A stretch of DNA of 20,000 bases, from positions 117,361 through 137,360 of the IMG/VR virus record IMGVR_UViG_3300042564_002756. One strand, 5' to 3'. This stretch comes from an uncultured virus (IMG/VR IMGVR_UViG_3300042564_002756). Its lineage: Duplodnaviria; Heunggongvirae; Uroviricota; Caudoviricetes. The position numbers and the translations under genes are program-made. This document shows, piece after piece, positions 1 to 9,200 of this stretch; within the stretch, counting starts at the first letter, position 1; every line of letters begins with the position of its first letter. The notes under the pieces were generated by a model, which worked only from the letters and a program-made list of their open reading frames with translations, did no database searches and was not told where the DNA came from.

Positions 1-62
1 GTATTTTCCCACTGATTTAAAATAGAATTAGATTCTTTAATATATTGTTTAAAACCTATCAT
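1..62 (-). CDS. 5' end of a hypothetical protein (runs off the window), with a capsid-targeting-like N-terminus
   Basis: Not in the ORF track. ATG at 62 overlaps the TGA of 59..469 (ATGA). Manual translation gives MIGFKQYIKESNSILNQWEN..., open to the window edge, with the same MxxFKQ[FY]xxE start as four other ORFs. Confidence 0.7.
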   Translation of the reverse strand, partial: MIGFKQYIKESNSILNQWEN

Positions 63-469
63 ACTTTTAGCACCGGGTTTGGAGTAGAGAAGTTCTTCTT
101 GCGCATGATAGTTTTTGCAATAACAACTAAATCATCACTTTTGCGATCATATTCAACTGCGATTGGCATATTTAGGTCACTTTGAAGATCCTTTACTACT
201 GCCTCTGCATCTACAAATTTACTAAGTGACTTTTCACCGTGTTGATACTTCTTATAGATCTTTTGGATCATAGCAGCAAGTTCTTTCATGTCGATGCAAG
301 GATCATTTCGTGAATCTGTCATACGCTCACGGAAGTGCTTTGTGAAGTCAAAGTCAATATTAAACTTTTCGAACATCTTGTCAACAAACTTTTCAAATGC
401 CTTCATATGTTCGGTAGTTAGTATTGGGCATGTTTCTGCTTCTACTACAAATTGCTTAAATCTTAGCAT
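59..469 (-). CDS. Hypothetical phage protein, possibly BECR/RelE (RegB-like) RNase fold; capsid-targeting-like N-terminus
   Basis: 136 aa, coupled to the upstream ORF by a TAATG overlap at 469. Starts MLRFKQFVVEAE. FTKHFRER resembles the YSQHLLDR segment of T4 RegB. The fold call is weak; the CDS itself is solid. Confidence 0.6.
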   Translation of the reverse strand: MLRFKQFVVEAETCPILTTEHMKAFEKFVDKMFEKFNIDFDFTKHFRERMTDSRNDPCIDMKELAAMIQKIYKKYQHGEKSLSKFVDAEAVVKDLQSDLNMPIAVEYDRKSDDLVVIAKTIMRKKNFSTPNPVLKV

Positions 470-3138
470 TATTCTCCGTCTCCGCTTCCGCCATCTGAAC
501 TACTACTTTTGCCACCTGGAACTGATTTTAGTTTTCCATCCATTGTTCTGATTTTTGTATTTGGTACATCAATCATCTTGCCTTCAAATCCTCTTGCTTT
601 ACCTTCGAGGAATGTTTCAAATTTTTCATCAACACTTTCAAATGCAACACCAACTTTAGTATGTTTTGCTTCTTTTTCATACTTTTTTCTCATTTTTGAT
701 GTTGCTTCGCCTGGTGTCTTTGTTTTATCAAATGAAGGGTCTGCAACAAGCTCACCGCCACCAACTGATTTAGTATCTTGTGCATCAACATCACCGTCAC
801 TATCTGTATCTTTACTTTTGAGAGCATGTTGTATCATTTGCTTTAGATTAAGACCAACACCAAGGTGGTGCTGATTGTGCTTTGAAACTAGAGCTGAAAT
901 ATCAGGTGTTGCTGGTTCTACAAAGTCTGGTACAGTAGTCTTAGAGTGCTTGAGTGGTGGAACATATTTTATTTCATCTAATTCACCCGGTGTATCACTT
1001 TTTAGTATTCTAACAAGACTATCAGTACCATCTTCTCTATTAGTAGCTTTTGATTTGTCAATGTTTATCTTGAATGATTCCCAAGCATCAACATTACTAT
1101 ATGCCTTTTCATAATGTTTTGCATTTTTAATTCTATGGTAAAGTTTTACAAGATCGGCTGAAGTCATTGCCATATTATGAGACTTGACTACTTTTTCCGC
1201 ATGATGCGTGTGATCACCCGGACCTGCATTTTTAACAAGTTCAGAGAAATCTTTAAGAGCTTTTGCCATCTCTCTATGCTTCTTCTCACGTGCAATAATC
1301 TTATTAATGATTTCAGATGATTCTGTATTCAATGAACGGCGGGTTGAATCAACCTTACGAGCATTATCAAGCATATTCTTGTGCTTTTCAGCATCAGCAT
1401 CTTTTTCTCTCGATATAGAAGCCCTTACCATATCCAGCGCATTACCTTCTTGGACACAGTTTGGAACCATTCTATTACCTTTTTTCTTTAGACCGATTTG
1501 TTTATAACCGTCCCAGCAATCTTCCTCTACCGATTCTTTGCGAACTTTTGCTGCTAGATCAGCGTCAGCTTTGCCCCAGGTTCCAGGTCCTTTTGTTGCA
1601 AAGCTATTGACTCTGGCATAACCCCATTGTTCTGGAGTTGTTCCTGGTCTGTGACCTGTTCTCCAAGCAGCAACCCCGCGATCAAATACCTTCTTTAGAA
1701 TACCATATGAAATACCAGTTTTCTCTGCCTTTTTCTTTAAACCCTCTTTTGGTTCTTCGAATATCATTTCTACTGAATTAATAAGATCATCTAATTCTTC
1801 AAAATATACTTCGGTTGATTCATAGATATTGACTTTTGGTTTATATCGCTTAAATCTCATGTCGTGTTTGACAGTACCTTCTTTATTAAAGATTTGGTGA
1901 AATCTTTTTGTGTGCATAGAAGGTTTTGTTTTAGCACGAGCATCACCCGGTGCTGGTTTATATGCAGCAGGATTATTATCATCCATTGCGGCACCTTTAT
2001 TAAAATGTGCTTGTCTTTTTGCTATCGTTGATTTTGAGAGTCCGGCATGATAGTCTTTATTTAGATTGGCGGACTCCAGCATAAAATTTTCAAGAAATAT
2101 CTCGAATTGATCATCAACACTTTCAGTTTTAGATCTGGACATCGCGCTTATACGGTCTGATTCTGCTTTGCGTACAATTGGTAATTGTTTGGTTGCAATT
2201 CTATTAATAACTGACTGTGGTATTCTAGATAATCTTTGATCTAGTGATAATTTTTCAGCAGATGACATGTCACCATACGATTTAGTTTTTGAAATTTTAG
2301 CACGAAGAATTGCTAGTGCTTTCTTTTGTGCCCGATCTTTGATTTTTTCTGGTGATGCTCTTCTCTTTTGTGCTCTCTTTCTTGCAGCTTCAATCTTACC
2401 ATGATATCGTTTCATGACCATCGAGCGCTTGAGTCTTTGCATAAATGTAAGAGGAGTTACCTTTTCTTCTAAGGTTTCATCTTCAAAGTCTTCCATTAAT
2501 TTCATTCCCTTTAAAATTGCTTTATATACTTCTTCGGCATGTGATTTTAATTTAGAAGGAAGTCCCTTCTTGAATGTTTCAAAGTCACCTTCTACTGCAA
2601 GTGATCTTAATTTTGAAGCAGACATTCCAGAAACATCATCTGCATCAGGATCTCTTTCACCTGCTGAGACAACATCTATAGTTTTAAAGTCAAATTCTTT
2701 GCCATTATATTTGTCAAGTAATGTCTGAAATTCTAATACTCGATCAGATCCTACTACAGCAATAAGTGTATCATATTTGCCAGACAGTTCTTTTGCTACT
2801 TCAATAATTGTTCTTGCAGTTGTCCTTTTAACTAATGACCCAAACGCAGTTTGAAGAAAGTTTATCTTTTCATCATATGTAAGTGGATTTTTCTTCTTAT
2901 CATATGTATGTGATGTAAATACCATAGGATCTGCTTTACGAGAAACAGCAACATCTTTTATCTTATTTACAAGTTTTTCGTGCCCTACTGTTGGGGGTGA
3001 AAATCTTCCAAAGGTCAATACAACTGATTTATTTTTAGCTTCAGACATTGTTCTGTCACTCAATGTTGGCTCAATGTCTATATATTTCTTTGGATCAAAG
3101 CCTTTAGGATTTATTTTTTTTACTGATTTCTTTTCCAT
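469..3138 (-). CDS. Cytidyltransferase-like (HIGH-superfamily nucleotidyltransferase) multidomain protein with a DUF5824-like module
   Basis: 889 aa. The N-terminal domain has FGRFSPPTVGH (HxGH-type), VVGSDR and MSASKLR (KMSKS-like). It is followed by a very basic helical segment, a DUF5824-like block (LKKVFDRGVAAWRTGHRPGTTPEQWGYARVNSF), a CWDGY...VPNCV motif and a DTDSDGDVD loop. A late promoter lies upstream. Confidence 0.8.
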   Translation of the reverse strand: MEKKSVKKINPKGFDPKKYIDIEPTLSDRTMSEAKNKSVVLTFGRFSPPTVGHEKLVNKIKDVAVSRKADPMVFTSHTYDKKKNPLTYDEKINFLQTAFGSLVKRTTARTIIEVAKELSGKYDTLIAVVGSDRVLEFQTLLDKYNGKEFDFKTIDVVSAGERDPDADDVSGMSASKLRSLAVEGDFETFKKGLPSKLKSHAEEVYKAILKGMKLMEDFEDETLEEKVTPLTFMQRLKRSMVMKRYHGKIEAARKRAQKRRASPEKIKDRAQKKALAILRAKISKTKSYGDMSSAEKLSLDQRLSRIPQSVINRIATKQLPIVRKAESDRISAMSRSKTESVDDQFEIFLENFMLESANLNKDYHAGLSKSTIAKRQAHFNKGAAMDDNNPAAYKPAPGDARAKTKPSMHTKRFHQIFNKEGTVKHDMRFKRYKPKVNIYESTEVYFEELDDLINSVEMIFEEPKEGLKKKAEKTGISYGILKKVFDRGVAAWRTGHRPGTTPEQWGYARVNSFATKGPGTWGKADADLAAKVRKESVEEDCWDGYKQIGLKKKGNRMVPNCVQEGNALDMVRASISREKDADAEKHKNMLDNARKVDSTRRSLNTESSEIINKIIAREKKHREMAKALKDFSELVKNAGPGDHTHHAEKVVKSHNMAMTSADLVKLYHRIKNAKHYEKAYSNVDAWESFKINIDKSKATNREDGTDSLVRILKSDTPGELDEIKYVPPLKHSKTTVPDFVEPATPDISALVSKHNQHHLGVGLNLKQMIQHALKSKDTDSDGDVDAQDTKSVGGGELVADPSFDKTKTPGEATSKMRKKYEKEAKHTKVGVAFESVDEKFETFLEGKARGFEGKMIDVPNTKIRTMDGKLKSVPGGKSSSSDGGSGDGE

Positions 3139-3171
3139 TTAAAACTCTAATATGAGGGATAATATTGTGAA

Positions 3172-3179
3172 TATTTATA
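3172..3179 (-). promoter_or_regulatory. T4-type late promoter (TATAAATA)
   Basis: Exact gp55-type consensus TATAAATA on the minus strand, intergenic, about 33 nt upstream of the ATG at 3138. Confidence 0.8.
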
Positions 3180-3196
3180 ATGCATTAACTTTACAT

Positions 3197-3757
3197 TTAT
3201 GATCTTAATCTTACATTTGATAATGATAAAAATTCTGTAGTAATATATGCCTTTTCTGTAGCAAAATCGTGTGGACAACCTCTATCTTTAATTCGTTTTG
3301 GATCTGTATATGTTGGAGTTTCTTTCCAGTCAAATCCATATATATCTAAAGATGCAGGGCTAGAACTCATTATCCAATCTAATGCAATTAAACCAGTAGT
3401 TGGATTATTATGTTGTCCTGATTTTTTTCTTAGTTCTGTATAATTTGGTATCATTGGATAAACAAAATCAGTTTGTTTTGTATTTGCGTCAAATCTTGCC
3501 TGGTGGCCTGCGTGCATTTTCTTTACTTTTGGATATTTGGAAAATTGATTCTTGTATTCACTAGTATTCCAAAATATCCAAACATCTGTCTTTTTACCAT
3601 GACTTTTTTCAACATCCATTCTATCATATAGCATTGCAGCTTTATTTAGTCTTACTACTACATCATGTGAATCAATTTCTTTGCCATAATTTTTATCAAA
3701 GAGAGACATTGCGTTGCCGATAATGGCAACTGTTTTACCTTCAAACCATTCTTTCAT
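3197..3757 (-). CDS. GT29 sialyltransferase-like glycosyltransferase (paralogue 3)
   Basis: Sialylmotif-L-like TVAIIGNA...GKEIDSHDVVVRLN...G.KTD, S-like PTTG, YGFDW and VS-like HDFATE. Confidence 0.8.
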   Translation of the reverse strand: MKEWFEGKTVAIIGNAMSLFDKNYGKEIDSHDVVVRLNKAAMLYDRMDVEKSHGKKTDVWIFWNTSEYKNQFSKYPKVKKMHAGHQARFDANTKQTDFVYPMIPNYTELRKKSGQHNNPTTGLIALDWIMSSSPASLDIYGFDWKETPTYTDPKRIKDRGCPHDFATEKAYITTEFLSLSNVRLRS

Positions 3758-4257
3758 TTTCTTAACTCAAAAATATTAGTATTAAAAAATTTATTTGCAC
3801 AATATTTATTTTCTAATTGAAAATCGTGCCTAATGTCGTGTAGCTTAGTATCATGAAAAGATGGAGTAGCTTTCCAATCAAATCCATATACACAAACCTT
3901 TTTAGGATTATAAAGAGAAATTAAATGTAAAATTCGCAAACCGGTTGAGGGTCTGTGGTGACCTAAATCACTTTTTAGCCATTCTATATCTATTAAAGGG
4001 CTATTTAATATTTCTATAGTATGATTACAAGTTTTTGTTGTGACCTTTTTCGGGTTCATTGTTTTAAACCAATTTAGAAACCAAACATCAGTTCTTTGGC
4101 CATGTGATTTTACATCACTTGGTTTTAACATGAAAAATCCCCGTTTAATTCTACAGACAACTTCCGAAGAGTCTATTTCGGCTCCATAATTGGTATTGAA
4201 TAGACTTTTAGCATTACCAACTAGAGAGATTGTTTTACCTTCAAATAGTTCTTTCAT
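3754..4257 (-). CDS. GT29 sialyltransferase-like glycosyltransferase (paralogue 2)
   Basis: ISLVGNA...GAEIDSSEVVCRI...G.RTD, PSTG, YGFDW, HDFQLE. ATGA overlaps with both neighbours. Confidence 0.78.
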   Translation of the reverse strand: MKELFEGKTISLVGNAKSLFNTNYGAEIDSSEVVCRIKRGFFMLKPSDVKSHGQRTDVWFLNWFKTMNPKKVTTKTCNHTIEILNSPLIDIEWLKSDLGHHRPSTGLRILHLISLYNPKKVCVYGFDWKATPSFHDTKLHDIRHDFQLENKYCANKFFNTNIFELRK

Positions 4258-4931
4258 AGTCCTCTCTGTAAACTATAATCCATATAAATTCGTTCTCTGT
4301 GCCATTCATCTGCCATAGGTGTTGTCGCAAAATCATGGAAACAAGGGGTGCCTAGTGTATAGTGAAGCAATTTTGCACTTTTATTTTCACCGAACTCATC
4401 TGGTAACCAGTTCCATTCAATAGGAAGTTCACCTATTAAACTATCATCTAACCAAGAAAATCTATGTACTTGTGCACCTGTTGCATTCTGAACAAACTCC
4501 GGTGTTACTACTTTGTTTGATTCGTGTCCACAGTTCCATAATATCACACTTGACCAATTTTTTCTAGGATAATTTTCATTTTTTGCACCAAGATATTTCT
4601 CTGCCATTCGTGTTTTATAATCATGTTTCACCACCATTGCGGCTTTCGACTCATCTCGCATGTTCCATAGTTCTGTAATATCCCCACGGAGAATCATATC
4701 ACCATCTAAGAATACAGCCCACCCTTTGTAACCCATTAAATGTGGTATTAGAAAACGACTGTATATAAAATGATTACTTCCATCTGTATGCTTTTCTTCA
4801 TAACCATTCAAAAGATTTAATGAAAGTGGGTTTAAACTTATTGGACTGGATGATAGTCTTATAATTGAATTGCTGCAAACGTGGTATGCTGTTGCTTCTC
4901 TCTTATCAAATCCTATAAAAATTGGTATCAT
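4254..4931 (-). CDS. GT-A fold glycosyltransferase (GT8-like)
   Basis: IFIGFDxRE start, FIYSRFLIP, DxD motif (FLDGDM), YPRKNWSSVILWN, EWNWL and LLHYTLGTP, typical of GT8-like phage and bacterial proteins. Confidence 0.8.
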   Translation of the reverse strand: MIPIFIGFDKREATAYHVCSNSIIRLSSSPISLNPLSLNLLNGYEEKHTDGSNHFIYSRFLIPHLMGYKGWAVFLDGDMILRGDITELWNMRDESKAAMVVKHDYKTRMAEKYLGAKNENYPRKNWSSVILWNCGHESNKVVTPEFVQNATGAQVHRFSWLDDSLIGELPIEWNWLPDEFGENKSAKLLHYTLGTPCFHDFATTPMADEWHRERIYMDYSLQRGL

Positions 4932-5704
4932 TTAGGTTTCCTTCTCATTAATTCTTCATATGCTTTAGTAAAAAATCTTTTTCTATAAGCACCACCTTTG
5001 ACATCTATGACTATATCTAAGCTTTTAACAACTAAACGGCCAGTAGCATCTAATGGTTTTACATATGCAGAACCATCATAGTCCATAATTTTTACTTTTA
5101 GGCCATCATAATCAAAGAAGTGATTATTTTTATTTTCAAAATACTTTGTAATTAAGCCTTTGCTTTCGAGTGCTCTATTAATACTATACATATCAGCACC
5201 CCATTTCTTTTCTTCCTCGGTAGATTTGTAATAAAATTCTTCTCTAGTTTGAAAGAACTTGTCAATTCTATCTTTATTGTTTTCATTTGAATTGACTAAA
5301 ACTACAGAGTTTCTTACATACCTTTTTTTAGGGTGCACAAAGAAACAAAGATCAAATTCATCTTTAAAGAAAGCTTCAACACTACCACATATTAAATGAT
5401 CAGCACCTGTTAGGATTAATTTACCCATATGATTTTTTACAAAATTAGTATTTGCTTTTACTATTGCACCCATTAATGGAACATCAGATAAATTACTTCT
5501 AAAGCAATCTATACCATTAGTTTCAGTAAATTCATCAGTTTGTATTACGAATTTATGGTCTTTAGAGTTATATGCATAGAATGTATTCTTTAACTTTTCT
5601 ATTGCATCCATATAATCAAAGAAATTTACTCTTTCTCTTAATTCTGTAGACATATTTTCGGAAGATTTTTTTAAATTTTTATAGAACGGTGCAAAGGTTA
5701 TCAT
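4928..5704 (-). CDS. Hypothetical protein, possible degenerate nucleotide-diphosphosugar transferase
   Basis: 258 aa inside the sugar cassette. IQTD, LTGADHLI (where a DxD is expected), RNSVVLV and WGADMYSIN loosely follow the GT-A motif order. Confidence 0.5.
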   Translation of the reverse strand: MITFAPFYKNLKKSSENMSTELRERVNFFDYMDAIEKLKNTFYAYNSKDHKFVIQTDEFTETNGIDCFRSNLSDVPLMGAIVKANTNFVKNHMGKLILTGADHLICGSVEAFFKDEFDLCFFVHPKKRYVRNSVVLVNSNENNKDRIDKFFQTREEFYYKSTEEEKKWGADMYSINRALESKGLITKYFENKNNHFFDYDGLKVKIMDYDGSAYVKPLDATGRLVVKSLDIVIDVKGGAYRKRFFTKAYEELMRRKPK

Positions 5705-6746
5705 CTATGGTTTCCTTAATTATTTCAATAACTGTATTTACATCAAGATTTGGATATATCGGAAGACTAAGTTGTTTCTTTGCGAGTTTATTTGTGTTTT
5801 CTAAGCCGCTTGTATTAAATATGTAAGGACTTTGTGAACTTACGGGAATATCATAATATACTCTAGTCTGTAATTTACTACTAATTTTACTTATAACATC
5901 TTCTCTATTATTTACTAAAATAGTATAAATGTTATAAGAATGATTTACGCCAGGTTTAGTTTTTATATTACTAAAATATTTGCTATATTCTCCTGCAATA
6001 TCTTTCTTTGCAGACATGACGCGACTATAATGTTTAAGTTTTACGGATAGAAATTCTGCTTGAATATTATCCATTCTATAGTTATAACCAATATCTCCAA
6101 CTTCCCAATTCCGTAATCGTTTGACTTTATCATAATGTTTTTCATTATTTGTGATTATGCATCCTGCATCTCCAAGTGCACCTATATTTTTACTTGGATA
6201 AAAACTAAAAGTACCTATATCACCGAATGTTCCAACGTGTTTATCATTTATAGTAGTACCATGTGCCTGACTGCAATCTTCTATTACAGGTATACCATAC
6301 TTATCTGCTATTTTCATAAGTTCTGGCATATCTACCGCATTACCAAATAAATGCACTGGTATGATACACTTGGTCTTCTCTGTGATTTTTTCTTCAACCT
6401 TTGAAACATCCATGCAAAATGTTTCTGGATCTATATCTACATATACTGGTATTGCACCTTCATACATTATTGCAGAAACAGTTGCTCTGAATGTATATCC
6501 AACTGTAATTATTTCATCACCTGGTTTTATGTTTAATGCTTTGATTGCAAGATGAAGTGCTGCAGTACCACTAGCAACACATGCAGAATATGATGAACCT
6601 ACAAAATTTGCAAATTCTTCTTCAAACTTTGATGTACCTAAAATGTAGTTACCACTTTGTATTATTGTTTCTGCACTAGCATTTAATTCATTAATACAAT
6701 CTTTATGTATTGCTTGTAGATTAAAGAATGGTATTATTCCAGCCAT
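5679..6746 (-). CDS. DegT/DnrJ/EryC1/StrS PLP-dependent sugar aminotransferase
   Basis: SGTAALHLA, IIPVHLFG, IEDCSQAHG, FSFYPSKNIGALGDAG (PLP lysine), GYNYRMD and LSLPIYP. Confidence 0.93.
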   Translation of the reverse strand: MAGIIPFFNLQAIHKDCINELNASAETIIQSGNYILGTSKFEEEFANFVGSSYSACVASGTAALHLAIKALNIKPGDEIITVGYTFRATVSAIMYEGAIPVYVDIDPETFCMDVSKVEEKITEKTKCIIPVHLFGNAVDMPELMKIADKYGIPVIEDCSQAHGTTINDKHVGTFGDIGTFSFYPSKNIGALGDAGCIITNNEKHYDKVKRLRNWEVGDIGYNYRMDNIQAEFLSVKLKHYSRVMSAKKDIAGEYSKYFSNIKTKPGVNHSYNIYTILVNNREDVISKISSKLQTRVYYDIPVSSQSPYIFNTSGLENTNKLAKKQLSLPIYPNLDVNTVIEIIKETIDDNLCTVL

Positions 6747-7636
6747 TTTTGTATCCTTCTTGCCTGATAGATATCACTAATCATATTGTCATTATTAGCA
6801 ATACCATTTATAAATGCTTGTTTAGCCATTTCTAAACCAGGCATTTGTTTAATTTTTAATTCAATTCCATTTTTACAATTTTCAAATGAAAAGTTTTCAT
6901 CTATTGGTTTATCAATATTTAAAACATTACAGCGACCATCTAGATAATTTAAAAGCAATTTTGAACCAGCAATAAAAATTTGTCGTTGTTTAATCGGAGA
7001 TACCCAACTACATGTAATAGTTGCTCTAAAACCACTTTCAAATTTTAAATTTATTATAGCGTGATCTGATAATATATTTACATGATAATTCTTTATTTCA
7101 GTCTTAGAAATAAGTTTTTGATTTGGAAAAAGAAAATCAATGATACTCAAATCATGAATTGCTAAATCATATAGTACATCAACATCCGGTTGAAATAGAC
7201 CTTGGTGTAATCTATAACTTTCAAAATATAAAGGTTCACCAAAATCAATATTTTCTTTTATGTGTTGTATTGTAGAGTCATGGCACATAATATGATCAAC
7301 AAAAACTTTTACTCCCATGTTCTCAGATAGAACAATAAGTTCATTTATTTCAGTTAAAGATGTGCACGCAGGTTTTTCAATCCACACATGTTTGCCTGTT
7401 ACTATTGCCTTTTTAGCAAAATCAAAGTGTGTAGCAGCTTTTGTCGCTATAAGTACTGCTTTGATATTAACATCATTTAATGCTAAATCAAAATTATCAT
7501 AAATGATTGCATGTGGATATAATTCTTTTAATTGTGGATGTATTGAGTGATTAGATTCACATATAGCATATAATTCTTTATTGAATGTTCTTGCTATATT
7601 TTTACCCCAATAACCATGACCTAATAATAAAAACAT
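6734..7636 (-). CDS. Gfo/Idh/MocA NAD-dependent oxidoreductase (sugar 3-dehydrogenase-like)
   Basis: Rossmann motif LLGHGYWG, GKHVWIEKP and DLAIHDLS. Confidence 0.9.
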   Translation of the reverse strand: MFLLLGHGYWGKNIARTFNKELYAICESNHSIHPQLKELYPHAIIYDNFDLALNDVNIKAVLIATKAATHFDFAKKAIVTGKHVWIEKPACTSLTEINELIVLSENMGVKVFVDHIMCHDSTIQHIKENIDFGEPLYFESYRLHQGLFQPDVDVLYDLAIHDLSIIDFLFPNQKLISKTEIKNYHVNILSDHAIINLKFESGFRATITCSWVSPIKQRQIFIAGSKLLLNYLDGRCNVLNIDKPIDENFSFENCKNGIELKIKQMPGLEMAKQAFINGIANNDNMISDIYQARRIQKWLE

Positions 7637-8224
7637 TTAATTTAACTTTCGAAGTTGTTGATATCTATTTATTTCAACGTCTAACATTGCTTCATCTATA
7701 CTATTTCTAGTCAATGCAATTGTATTTTTCTTTAAATATTTTGCAGGTGAACCAACGTATGTATTTCCTGGTAATATTGTACTCTTTTTAGTAACAATTG
7801 TTCCCATACCTAACATTGAATAAGATCCAATCACTTGAAATTGGTGTATCATACAACCAAAACCTATATTAGCATTTTTCATTATTCTACAATGCCCGCC
7901 GATCTGCACGGAATTTGATATAGTAGTATTATCTTCTACTATGCAATCATGTGCTACATATGAATACATCATTAAATAATTATTAGAACCTATTTCAGTT
8001 ACTTTAGATAAAACAGTTGGTTTATTTATTGAACAATACTCTCTAATAACATTGTTATTTCCTATCTTTACAATGCCGTCAGATTTCTCTCGCATATGAA
8101 CAGCATCAAACCCAATTGTAACATAGGGGTATATTATATTACCTTTACCTATGTCAACTACATCCCATTCAATTATTGCAGTTTCATGAATTAGATTACC
8201 ATTTATCTCTTTAAACCCTTGCAT
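7637..8224 (-). CDS. LpxA-like left-handed beta-helix (hexapeptide repeat) acyltransferase
   Basis: Hexapeptide repeats plus the LpxA-like segments IREYCSIN, VAHDC, IGGHC and IHQF. Start moved from 8284 to ATG 8224, which has GAGG about 7 nt upstream and leaves only a short overlap with the upstream gene. Confidence 0.8.
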   Translation of the reverse strand: MQGFKEINGNLIHETAIIEWDVVDIGKGNIIYPYVTIGFDAVHMREKSDGIVKIGNNNVIREYCSINKPTVLSKVTEIGSNNYLMMYSYVAHDCIVEDNTTISNSVQIGGHCRIMKNANIGFGCMIHQFQVIGSYSMLGMGTIVTKKSTILPGNTYVGSPAKYLKKNTIALTRNSIDEAMLDVEINRYQQLRKLN

Positions 8225-9200
8225 TTTTTTCCTCAAAAAATTTATATGCTGCTTTATATAATAAACCTTTTCCAATATCATCATAACTAAAATGCGACAT
8301 TGCTAAACGCTCTAACCATTCTTGTCTATTATCTGGCATATCTGGATTTTCAATTAAACCAAGATTTATATTTGACATAGGATATGCTTGACTCTTTTTT
8401 GGATCAAGATCTAATAAAAATACAGGTATACCTTCAATAGTACTAACAACTGAAGGTGAACTATTATATACTATACAGCACCATGCATCTTTTAGATCTT
8501 CTTCTATTCTAGTATTTGATGTTGCACGAATCATATTTTTAATTTTTGTTTTGTAACTTGCCATCACATGTTCAACTGCAGTATGTAACCGCCCATCACC
8601 TGGGTGTTTTCTTATTACTATTTTTCTATCTGTGACTTTAGATATATCCAAAATAGTTTGTGTTAACCAGTTAATAATACCTTTTTCATAATTAAATGAA
8701 AATCCATTTGTTCTTTGTAAACACAAAAGAACATGATTACCTGATTTTCTCCAAGGCTTTACCTCGATAGATAAATCTTTCTTTATTGTTTCCCATCTAG
8801 TTTTATCAACATCTCTATCAAAATAGTAACCGGTATTTGCATACACACCATCCATACTATATCTTAGATAATTATATCTATATGATTGATCTTTATAGAC
8901 AAAAAGACTATTATCAATAGCCATAACATGATTTGAAGATTTTAATTGCTTATTTATTATTTCCTTTTTAAACATTTTTATACTGGTTTTAGCAGGTTTT
9001 TCACCTGCAATAGATTTTCTTTCTGTCATCCAACTATATATTATTGCTAAATCGGATTCACTGTAATTTATTTCTTTTATTAATCTACTATTTGGAAATG
9101 TTTTAATAATATCATCATATTTTTTAAATTTACCATTTCTATCAGTTGATGAATATACATTAGTACTAAAATGTTGCATTATTTTCTCACTATAAACCAA
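8211..9200 (-). CDS. Putative GT-B glycosyltransferase (KpsC/KpsS capsule-synthesis-like C-terminal domain)
   Basis: 329 aa. VLLCLQ, IVIRKHPGD (HP motif) and YNSSPSVVSTIEGIPVF resemble the C-terminal domain of KpsC/KpsS-like proteins. Confidence 0.6.
   Translation of the reverse strand: MVYSEKIMQHFSTNVYSSTDRNGKFKKYDDIIKTFPNSRLIKEINYSESDLAIIYSWMTERKSIAGEKPAKTSIKMFKKEIINKQLKSSNHVMAIDNSLFVYKDQSYRYNYLRYSMDGVYANTGYYFDRDVDKTRWETIKKDLSIEVKPWRKSGNHVLLCLQRTNGFSFNYEKGIINWLTQTILDISKVTDRKIVIRKHPGDGRLHTAVEHVMASYKTKIKNMIRATSNTRIEEDLKDAWCCIVYNSSPSVVSTIEGIPVFLLDLDPKKSQAYPMSNINLGLIENPDMPDNRQEWLERLAMSHFSYDDIGKGLLYKAAYKFFEEKNARV

Noticed and set aside
8225..8284. N-terminal 20 codons of the acyltransferase ORF
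   Set aside because: They overlap the upstream gene by 74 nt. ATG 8224 has a GAGG SD and is the likelier start.
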